Shown here one piece after another: positions 8,864 through 15,290 of a DNA stretch of 15,328 bases. The notes under the pieces are model-generated. The model saw only the letters and a program-made list of their open reading frames with translations, did no database searches and had not been told where the DNA came from. Origin of the DNA: Erysipelotrichaceae bacterium (GTDB taxonomy: Bacteria; Bacillota_I; Bacilli_A; Erysipelotrichales; Erysipelotrichaceae); NCBI GenBank assembly GCA_030604855.1, contig JAUVVC010000014.1, positions 1-15,328 of the forward strand, read 5' to 3'. Numbering within the stretch: position 1 is the stretch's first letter; each line of letters starts with the position of its first letter. The position numbers and the translations under genes are program-made.

Positions 8864-10126
8864 CTATTCGTACCGTACTGAGAAGTGCGCAAAGATTTTG
8901 AACATTCCATCCATGTCTTCAAAAGGAACCCCAAAGTCTTGATTATCATCTTGGCCTGGGATTGCTTTGAAGTTCATCGTGTCACTGATGCCCAAATGTT
9001 CATCTTCAACGATGATATGATAGATGTACCCGTTCTTTTCAATGGTTTCATCGATATCATAATCAATTGTATACATGTTGCCATCTTTGGACACTGTAAA
9101 TGTACCGATGATGTTTATGCCATCTTTCGGATTACCCGCTTGAATGTCAAATGTGGCTGGTCCATTGTTGTATTCGTTGTACATGAACCATGTCCCTTTA
9201 GAAAGGATTTTGGATCCATCACCAGTAGCCGTGTCCCCCATTCTCCAAGGAATGTAACGATAGACACGAATCGCATCCAAGTCATAACCATCGGTGTTTC
9301 CGTTGGTTCCAGGGACTGCCAAGACATCTGCAGCGGTGATTTTAGTATAGTTGATCACATCCCAGGCATCACTGTTCAAGGTAACCAATGCACCGGTTCC
9401 TGGGTTGTTCAAATAAGTGGCAGGATATGCCATCGTATAGACTTCACTGGTAATATCGACAAGATGGATGCCTTCTGCATAAACCACTTCTTCTGGAAGA
9501 TGGAATTGAGTATAGGTTCCATATGGTCCGCTGCGATAGAAAACATTGTGTTCAAAATCGCGGGTGCCAGCAAAGTAACTTTGCGTCTTGACAAGGCGGT
9601 CTGCATCTGAGATGTATTCAAGACCGATGCGATTCCAAGCGATCCCCGCATAATAGCCGATGCCATCATCCATTGCACTATAAGCGACAATCTTGCCTTC
9701 ACTGTTGCGAACGTAAGCATTGGTCAGATACACTTTCATAGCTTCTGTGTGCCATGATGTTCCACTGCCCCATGTCACTTCAGCAAACTCGATGTCAGGA
9801 ACGCCATCCACATTATAGAAATTATCCGCAAAGGTATAATGACTCCACGTCCGTGCACCGACTGCAAAGAAGTGATCACTGACGCCTGATGGATCGGTCG
9901 CATCAAATCCACCCAAAGCATTGCTTGGATTGATCCGTGAAATCTGCGTGTCTGGTGAGTACGGATCAAAATTAACCGCAACAACATCCCCGACCATAAA
10001 GTCAGTGGCATACATCACAAGATCCGGATCCATTGGATCCGCAGGTGTCAACGCACGCACAGGCAGTGCGATCAAACCCCACAAGAGGATGTTGACGACA
10101 AATAAAGATAAAAATTTCTTAATCAT
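8864..10126 (-). CDS. Secreted protein of unknown function (420 aa, N-terminal signal peptide)
   Basis: The N-terminus MIKKFLSLFVVNILLWGLIALPVRA-LTP looks like a Sec signal peptide with an AxA-like cleavage site. AAGGA lies 5 nt before the ATG. The body is rich in D, G, T, Y and N, with no TM segment and no catalytic motif I recognise. Confidence 0.85.
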   Translation of the reverse strand: MIKKFLSLFVVNILLWGLIALPVRALTPADPMDPDLVMYATDFMVGDVVAVNFDPYSPDTQISRINPSNALGGFDATDPSGVSDHFFAVGARTWSHYTFADNFYNVDGVPDIEFAEVTWGSGTSWHTEAMKVYLTNAYVRNSEGKIVAYSAMDDGIGYYAGIAWNRIGLEYISDADRLVKTQSYFAGTRDFEHNVFYRSGPYGTYTQFHLPEEVVYAEGIHLVDITSEVYTMAYPATYLNNPGTGALVTLNSDAWDVINYTKITAADVLAVPGTNGNTDGYDLDAIRVYRYIPWRMGDTATGDGSKILSKGTWFMYNEYNNGPATFDIQAGNPKDGINIIGTFTVSKDGNMYTIDYDIDETIEKNGYIYHIIVEDEHLGISDTMNFKAIPGQDDNQDFGVPFEDMDGMFKIFAHFSVRYE

Positions 10127-10143
10127 GTTTTTCCTTTCTTTGA

Positions 10144-10171
10144 AGTTTAAATAGCTTCGATCTATGGTAAA
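10144..10171 (-). promoter_or_regulatory. Candidate promoter of the secreted-protein gene
   Basis: The minus strand reads TTTACC, a 16-nt spacer, then TAAACT. It lies between the 10194..10227 terminator and the RBS. Confidence 0.45.
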
Positions 10172-10193
10172 AGAGGTTGGTCAGTGATTATCC

Positions 10194-10227
10194 CTAAAAA
10201 AGATAAAAACCGGCCATACGGTCGGTT
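10194..10227 (-). terminator. Rho-independent terminator (ends the SGNH transcript or an independent small RNA)
   Basis: The minus-strand RNA reads AACCGACC-GUAU-GGCCGGUU (8 positions, one A.C mismatch), followed by UUUUUAUCUUUUUU. The + strand version has no U-tract. Confidence 0.55.
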
Positions 10228-10554
10228 ACGCTATTTGCTACTCTTAAGAAAAGCGTCCAAATACTTCTTAAGCATCATCACACCCACTTAATGATCCTCT
10301 AACTAAGCTCATTCTACACCCAAAAGCAGGCTGATACGATTTTAAATTGTGACAAAACGATGAAAAAACCTAAAACTTATCGTGTGTATTTGAGTCATAT
10401 TTTTACTTACATGCAATCTTTCATAATCATGAAATCCCATGAATTTCGAACATGATTGCGCTCACATTTCACATTTTGATCGAATCAGACTCAAATTCAT
10501 TAAACTCGTCAAATGCTAATAAATACAATGAAACGGAATCATCCCATTATGAAT

Positions 10555-11703
10555 TCATAATTTGGATTCGAATCCTACAAGTTGGTCTATGTCAAACGCA
10601 TCCGCTATCTTTTGCCCACCCAAACTGTTCGGATGCAAATGATCACCAATGTGATAACGATCATCGACGACATTTAGATGATTTGGATCACGAATTACTT
10701 CATCCATATCGAAGATTGCGTCAAATGTGTCACAGCTTCGAATCCAATCATTGATTTGCATCCTTAAGGCTTCCATTTCATCGGTGAACTTAATCAACTT
10801 GAAGCCGATACGTGGTGTCAAGGTACATACGATGATGTGTGCATTTCGCTTGTGGACATCATCTGCAATCTCCATCAAAGCCTTACGATAGTTCTCAAGA
10901 TTGATCACACTCTTCATCTTTCCACGATAATAAGACACATCATTGATGCCTAAGGCAAAAATAACGGTATGAAGGTGTTCAGTATTCAACACATCCGATT
11001 TGAAGCGATCCACACCCTTCCGTCCAAACAGATTCCCTAACGGACGCATGATTTCATGCAAGAGACAATTTCCAGAAATACCGGCATTCATCAAAACGAA
11101 TTCATCCTCAAATCTTTGATGGATACGTACACGTAAAGGTTTTACCCATTGATTCATCGCGGTGATGGAGTCCCCAAAAGCCATAATGATCTTCGGCTCA
11201 TGTATCGTTTCGATTTCGATGCGATCAATGACAGGCACAACGGGGTAGATTCCCATCATCTCACCCACAATTGAGCGTAGTGGTTTGGAAGCAATATCGA
11301 CTGTCTTCGTTTGATCGCCAGGATAAAGCTGTGCGTCCTTTTCGGTGTGATTAAGATCAAATAAGGCTGATTTGAAATGCATACGAACCTCAATGACATC
11401 TTCTTTCTCTATTGGGATTTTAATAACATCCGAATAAAGACATTCCCCTTTTGGGATCACAATGGATGTCCTTTGATTCAATGTAAGCTCATGCATGACA
11501 TGTTGGTTCCACACCGTGACCGAACCCAACACGATGTTTTCTTTTCCAGACACATTCGAAAAGCGTAAACGCACCGATTTCCCTTTCACATAGGTTTTAA
11601 ATTGAAAACAACTTGTCTTATTATTATAAGTTTGTCCATTGAACATCGCTTTAGCCAATGCTTGGGACCATATCGGTGTCCAAAATGTACTTGGGTTCTT
11701 CAT
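10555..11703 (-). CDS. SGNH/GDSL-family hydrolase with an N-terminal beta-sandwich-like domain
   Basis: SGNH blocks I (MAFGDSITA), II (NAGISGN), III (ALGINDV) and V (GDHLHPN). The N-terminal ~170 aa (WTPIWSQA...GKSVRLRFSNVSG) resemble the accessory domain often fused to these esterases. There is no signal peptide. The start is uncertain: ATG 11703 or TTG 11718, neither with a good SD. Confidence 0.85.
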   Translation of the reverse strand: MKNPSTFWTPIWSQALAKAMFNGQTYNNKTSCFQFKTYVKGKSVRLRFSNVSGKENIVLGSVTVWNQHVMHELTLNQRTSIVIPKGECLYSDVIKIPIEKEDVIEVRMHFKSALFDLNHTEKDAQLYPGDQTKTVDIASKPLRSIVGEMMGIYPVVPVIDRIEIETIHEPKIIMAFGDSITAMNQWVKPLRVRIHQRFEDEFVLMNAGISGNCLLHEIMRPLGNLFGRKGVDRFKSDVLNTEHLHTVIFALGINDVSYYRGKMKSVINLENYRKALMEIADDVHKRNAHIIVCTLTPRIGFKLIKFTDEMEALRMQINDWIRSCDTFDAIFDMDEVIRDPNHLNVVDDRYHIGDHLHPNSLGGQKIADAFDIDQLVGFESKL

Positions 11704-11718
11704 ACCTTTATCATACAA

Positions 11719-11758
11719 GAAAAAGGAATCGTCTAGAAATAAACTCTTTACGATTCCT
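11719..11758 (-). terminator. Rho-independent terminator after tRNA-Ala
   Basis: A perfect 9-bp inverted repeat, AGGAAUCGU / ACGAUUCCU (11750..11758 with 11724..11732), with a 17-nt loop, followed by UUUUCUUG. It begins 11 nt after the tRNA CCA end. Confidence 0.7.
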
Positions 11759-11769
11759 AATTTTATGAC

Positions 11770-11845
11770 TGGTGGAGGTAAAGGGACTCGAACCCTCGAC
11801 CCCTTGATTGCGAACCAAGTGCTCTACCAGCTGAGCTATACCCCC
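11770..11845 (-). tRNA. tRNA-Ala (anticodon CGC), CCA encoded
   Basis: The 76-nt sequence GGGGGTATAGCTCAGCTGGTAGAGCACTTGGTTCGCAATCAAGGGGTCGAGGGTTCGAGTCCCTTTACCTCCACCA folds as a cloverleaf. It has a 7-bp acceptor stem with the G3:U70 alanine identity pair, a UUCGCAA anticodon loop and a TTCGAGT T-loop. Confidence 0.97.
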
Positions 11846-11856
11846 AGAATGCTTTT

Positions 11857-11885
11857 ATTGTACACCTTTTAAATAAAGCTTTGAA
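11857..11885 (-). promoter_or_regulatory. Candidate promoter of tRNA-Ala
   Basis: The minus strand reads TTCAAA, a 17-nt spacer, then TACAAT. The -35 lies in the last codons of the HAD gene, and the -10 lies 11 nt upstream of tRNA position 1. Confidence 0.55.
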
Positions 11886-12513
11886 GTAGGTCCAATGGTT
11901 TTTTAACAACTTCTTTTTGGGCTTTTTCCGCAAGCAGACTTTCACTTTGAAAACCCCACGCGACAGGGACACATTTCAGTCCACAAACATGAGCGGTTTC
12001 AATATCCACTACACTGTCCCCAACCATGTAGGTATCCTGTGCTTCACAGTTCATGGCGGCCAAGGCAAGATCAATACCTTGTGGATTTGGTTTAGTTCTT
12101 TGGGTTGGCGCTTCACCATAGACATAGTCAAAATGAATCGTTGGGAAATGCTTCGAAACGAGATCATCCAGATACTGTTGAGGTTTGTTGGATACCACCG
12201 CGAGACGATAGCCCAGGGCTTGGACCTTGTCCAATACCTCTTGAATATCCGGATAAGGGACGGTCAGATCCATATAACATTGTGCGTAAATCGCATGAAA
12301 TTCAAGGACGGCTTCTTCCAATCGATCGTGTTTATCCAAAGGTAAAGAGCGTTCCACAAGTTTTCGGATGCCATTGCCCAAATAACTTTTAACGATGGCT
12401 TCCGAAAGTATGTCACAGCCCATTTGGACCAACATGGTATTGATTGCGTTTGTCAAATCGGCTTCGGTACTGAGCAATGTACCGTCCAGATCAAAGATGA
12501 TGCCCTTGTTCAT
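11869..12513 (-). CDS. HAD-IA family hydrolase (phosphoglycolate phosphatase / PpaX-like)
   Basis: HAD motif I (IIFDLDGTLLST), motif II (AVVSNKP) and motifs III/IV (K...MVGDSVVDIETA). There is no SD before the ATG. Confidence 0.9.
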   Translation of the reverse strand: MNKGIIFDLDGTLLSTEADLTNAINTMLVQMGCDILSEAIVKSYLGNGIRKLVERSLPLDKHDRLEEAVLEFHAIYAQCYMDLTVPYPDIQEVLDKVQALGYRLAVVSNKPQQYLDDLVSKHFPTIHFDYVYGEAPTQRTKPNPQGIDLALAAMNCEAQDTYMVGDSVVDIETAHVCGLKCVPVAWGFQSESLLAEKAQKEVVKKPLDLLQSFI

Positions 12514-12519
12514 GTGTTT

Positions 12520-12550
12520 AGTTTATCATAAGATTCAACTGTGCTAAACT
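12520..12550. promoter_or_regulatory. Overlapping divergent promoter pair (HAD-IA on minus, Cof on plus)
   Basis: Plus strand: TTTATC (12522..12527), a 17-nt spacer, TGcTAAACT (-10 at 12545..12550). Minus strand: TTTAGC (12543..12548), a 17-nt spacer, TGaTAAACT (-10 at 12520..12525). Each -10 overlaps the -35 of the other promoter. Confidence 0.5.
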
Positions 12551-12567
12551 TAAAAGGGTGATTAAAA

Positions 12568-13368
12568 ATGAAAGATATAAAATTAGTCGTATTTGACATC
12601 GATGGGACTTTGTTGGACGCTGGAAAAGACCGTATTGAAGATTCTGCGGTTGAGGCAATTCATCAGTTGAAAGCCAATGGCATCATGGTCGGTGTGGCAA
12701 CCGGCAGAAGCATGGACTTTATCAAAGCACATGTCAAAGAGGTCTTGGATTGTGACTACTACGTAACGATCAATGGTCATTGCACCTTGAATCGTCATAA
12801 GGAAGTCATCATCCAACATCCCTTGGAGGCATCCAGTGTCACACGACTCTTAGCGTTGTGTGAATCTTTGAATATTCCGATGGGCTTGAAAACCGCACAT
12901 CAAATGGTTGTGTTGAATGATTATCAAGGTTTCTATGATCATTATTCCCAAGGGTTTGATGTCCGACATCTCTTGTTGGATAATACGGTGGAAAAGGATT
13001 ATTATCTTAAGGATAAACCTGCTTTGGGTATCTTTCTGATTGCGACAAAAGCAAATGTGGAACCCTTTCGAAATGACTTTCCGGAATTCAAGTTCATCGG
13101 GGCGGGTTCCCATGGCATGGATGTCTTCCGCGCAGACATCAATAAAACCAAAGGCATCGAAGAAATCCTCAATCTCGTGAGTCTATCATGGGACAATGTG
13201 ATAGTTGTCGGAGATGGGGATAACGATATTGAAATGATGAAAAAAGCCGCCCTAGCCATTGCCATGGGCAATGGTACAGCAGCTTGTAAAGCCGTAGCCG
13301 ATTATGTGACGGGTGATGTGGATGCCGGAGGCATCGCACAAGCCCTTAAGCATTTTGAATTAATTTAA
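12568..13368 (+). CDS. Cof-type HAD-IIB phosphatase
   Basis: The blocks LVVFDIDGTLLD, GVATGR, the cap region, K-x-KGIEE and VVGDGDNDIEMMKKAALAIAMGNG. AAGGGTGA lies 7 nt before the ATG. Confidence 0.92.
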   Translation: MKDIKLVVFDIDGTLLDAGKDRIEDSAVEAIHQLKANGIMVGVATGRSMDFIKAHVKEVLDCDYYVTINGHCTLNRHKEVIIQHPLEASSVTRLLALCESLNIPMGLKTAHQMVVLNDYQGFYDHYSQGFDVRHLLLDNTVEKDYYLKDKPALGIFLIATKANVEPFRNDFPEFKFIGAGSHGMDVFRADINKTKGIEEILNLVSLSWDNVIVVGDGDNDIEMMKKAALAIAMGNGTAACKAVADYVTGDVDAGGIAQALKHFELI

Positions 13369-14659
13369 GTTGTACAACGGTTTCTAAGAGCGGTGTATGG
13401 GTGAAGAGATCGAAGCCTTGAATGCTGATGATGCGATACTTTTGTTTGAGTGACGCCAGATTCTTAGCCAAGGTTGAAGGATTACAGGATACATAGATGA
13501 TTTCAGGGATTTGATGTTTAAGCATCGCTTCAAGCATGGCATCACTTAGGCCAGAACGCGGAGGATCGATGACCAAGACATCAAATGCCTTTTTTAATTG
13601 CGCCAACTCAATCGCCGCATCGCCTGCTTTGAAATGACAGTTCTTCATTTCATTCAAGGTCGCATTGATTTCAGCACTTTTAATCGCTTCGGCACTGAAT
13701 TCAATCCCAAAGACTTCCTTGCTTTTCTGCCCCATCATCAAGCTTAAGGCTCCTACGCCACAATACGCATCGATGACACGTTTGTTTTCAGGAATCAAAC
13801 TCTTGACATAGTTGAAGAGTTGCGAGGCTTGAGCGGTATTCAATTGGAAGAAGGCTTTTGGATTAAGTGCAAACTGGAGTCCTTCAAAGCTGAAGTCCAA
13901 GGTCGGCTCCCCTGCCATCAGTCGTACCGCTTTACCAAAGGGATCCATCGCATGACGATCGGTGTTCACACTGTGATAGAGTGAAACCAAACCATCGATC
14001 TGCATGCAGTCTTGGATAAACTCACGGCTGAGCGTCATCTTACCCGTCACAATCGTGGCTTGGACCTTATCTTCCAAACTACGGCAGATCAAGGTACGAA
14101 TGCCTTGTTTCAAAGGCGGTTCAAAAGAATCCAATTCATAGCGATTCATGACGTTGAGAATGGCTTTTTTCACTTCTTCCAGCTTGCCATCATGAACGAT
14201 ACAAGTCTTGATTGGAACGAAATGATTGGTTCCCGCTTTATAAAAGCCGGCGACCAATTTACCCTTTTGATAGGTGATGGGCATCTTGGCTTGATTGCGA
14301 TACGCAAAGGGTTGCGGGTTGGCAATGATCGGTTTGATCAAACGGAAATCAAAACGACCCATGTACTTCAACAGGGATTGTTTCAGATTCTCCAACTTCA
14401 AATGCCTTTGGTTTGCTTCATCGGTGATCATCAAAGCACAACCTCCACAGCGACCTTGGTCAACGCATTGAGCCTCGATGCGTTTTGGACTGGCTTCAAC
14501 GATTCTTAGAAGTTCACCATTTGAGAAACGATCACGTTTCTCTGTAATCTCAGCTTCAACGGTTTCACCGGGTAATGTGGACGGAATAAAAATCGGTTTA
14601 TTGTTTAAATAACCGATTCCTTCTCCATTGATGCCTGTTTTTTCTATTTTAATTTTCAT
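13346..14659 (-). CDS. rlmD: 23S rRNA (uracil-C5)-methyltransferase, RumA/RlmD (TrmA) family
   Basis: An N-terminal TRAM domain, a 4Fe-4S cysteine cluster (C-x6-C-x2-C in CVDQGRCGGCALM), a SAM motif (DAYCGVGALSL), DPPRSG, and the catalytic block YVSCNPSTLAKN. Confidence 0.93.
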   Translation of the reverse strand: MKIKIEKTGINGEGIGYLNNKPIFIPSTLPGETVEAEITEKRDRFSNGELLRIVEASPKRIEAQCVDQGRCGGCALMITDEANQRHLKLENLKQSLLKYMGRFDFRLIKPIIANPQPFAYRNQAKMPITYQKGKLVAGFYKAGTNHFVPIKTCIVHDGKLEEVKKAILNVMNRYELDSFEPPLKQGIRTLICRSLEDKVQATIVTGKMTLSREFIQDCMQIDGLVSLYHSVNTDRHAMDPFGKAVRLMAGEPTLDFSFEGLQFALNPKAFFQLNTAQASQLFNYVKSLIPENKRVIDAYCGVGALSLMMGQKSKEVFGIEFSAEAIKSAEINATLNEMKNCHFKAGDAAIELAQLKKAFDVLVIDPPRSGLSDAMLEAMLKHQIPEIIYVSCNPSTLAKNLASLKQKYRIISIQGFDLFTHTPLLETVVQLKLIQNA

Positions 14660-15052
14660 TTAGAGATCCGGATTGCTCCAATTCGGGACGGTGTTACCAC
14701 GTCTGACCAAGATGGTTTTCTGAAATTCAGTTTGGTTGACAAAACGAAGAATCTTATCGACTTCTTCTGCATTGCAGCCCAAGAGCAATTTCACTTCAAT
14801 GTCTTTCTTCAAGATGTCGGCTGACACCAACATTGCATCGATGATGTGGGTTGAAATACTGCCTTTGTAGACAGAAATGCCCAAGCTGTCTTGACTGAGC
14901 GTTTCGTTCAAATAACCGTAATCCACAGGGTAGATCAGATTTTGATATTCGGGATGACTTGATCCTGCGGGTTGCGTGATGACGATTGCTGACGCAAGAA
15001 AGATACTATCGATTTTCTGCCAAAAAAAAGCATTGTTTTCTAGTTGATTCAT
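14660..15052 (-). CDS. Hypothetical protein, 130 aa, with an inorganic-pyrophosphatase-like N-terminal motif
   Basis: GAGG lies 5 nt before the ATG. ITQPAGSSHPEYQNLIYPVDYGYLNET resembles, from memory, the (D)RPxGSxHP...YPxNYGY block of a small pyrophosphatase-like family. Its stop TAA directly abuts the rlmD ATG (TAAATG). Confidence 0.7.
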   Translation of the reverse strand: MNQLENNAFFWQKIDSIFLASAIVITQPAGSSHPEYQNLIYPVDYGYLNETLSQDSLGISVYKGSISTHIIDAMLVSADILKKDIEVKLLLGCNAEEVDKILRFVNQTEFQKTILVRRGNTVPNWSNPDL

Positions 15053-15069
15053 GTTAACCTCGTATTCCT

Positions 15070-15098
15070 ATTGTAAGTCTTGAAAAATAATATGTAAA
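15070..15098 (-). promoter_or_regulatory. Candidate promoter of the 130-aa gene / rlmD operon
   Basis: The minus strand reads TTTACA (15093..15098), a 17-nt spacer, then TACAAT (15070..15075). The -35 lies inside the palindrome ATGTAAAG-A7-CTTTACAT (15092..15114). Confidence 0.6.
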
Positions 15099-15233
15099 GA
15101 AAAAAACTTTACATCTGCAAATATTTCAAGAATGTAAGGCTCTATTATTCTAACGAAATCCTTATGAACATGCAAGCACATTCGTGTATTTGTTCACAAA
15201 TCGTGAAATGAAAATGTAAATTCCGCATGGGTA

Positions 15234-15280
15234 TGGAATTTAGCTTTACAAATGGAAAGGTGGAATTAAGCCTTACAAAT
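15234..15280 (+). repeat. Two 20-nt direct repeats, 27 bp apart (probable operator or activator sites)
   Basis: TGGAATTTAGCTTTACAAAT (15234..15253) and TGGAATTAAGCCTTACAAAT (15261..15280) match at 18 of 20 positions. An inverted partial copy TAAATTCC (15217..15224) pairs with GGAATTTA (15235..15242) across a 10-nt spacer. Confidence 0.7.
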
Positions 15281-15284
15281 TCAG

Positions 15285-15290
15285 TATAAT
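15285..15290 (+). promoter_or_regulatory. Candidate -10 element for a plus-strand gene starting just beyond the window
   Basis: TATAAT lies 4 nt after repeat 2. GGAAAGGA at 15321..15328 looks like the RBS of a gene whose start codon is outside the window. The -35 is weak (TGGAAT at 18 nt). Confidence 0.4.

Noticed and set aside
8885-9610. A 241-aa plus-strand ORF lying antisense to the secreted-protein gene
   Set aside because: It has no RBS. Its composition is rich in C, H and F and does not look protein-like. It lies wholly within a minus-strand ORF that has a signal peptide, RBS, promoter and terminator. It is most likely a shadow ORF.
10021-10043. Three GGATCC/GATC sites within 23 bp (GATCCGGATCCATTGGATCCGC), considered as a methylation or regulatory cluster
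   Set aside because: The cluster lies inside the coding sequence and is explained by the repeated Asp-Pro codons of ADPMDPDL just after the signal peptide.
10360-10455. A 31-codon plus-strand ORF (MKKPKTYRVYLSHIFTYMQSFIIMKSHEFRT) in the orphan non-coding region, considered as a small toxin or peptide
   Set aside because: It has no Shine-Dalgarno sequence and only weak promoter-like hexamers. It is not hydrophobic in the way type I toxins are. I cannot support it from the sequence alone.
10564-10575. A perfect 12-bp palindrome GGATTCGAATCC that resembles a tRNA T-arm, considered as a tRNA remnant or att site
   Set aside because: The flanks do not form T-stem, acceptor or anticodon helices. 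The palindrome encodes the in-frame C-terminus (GFES) of the SGNH hydrolase. There is no match to the 3' end of the tRNA-Ala.
10452-10754. A 100-aa plus-strand ORF spanning the intergenic region and the SGNH 3' end
   Set aside because: It has no RBS. Its sequence is low-complexity and rich in H, D and N. It overlaps the well-supported SGNH gene in antisense.
5008-11845. A genomic island integrated at tRNA-Ala (accessory-looking genes downstream of the tRNA 3' end)
   Set aside because: I found no integrase, recombinase or transposase. I found no direct repeat of the tRNA 3' end anywhere in the window. Promoter and terminator style is uniform with the flanking core genes.
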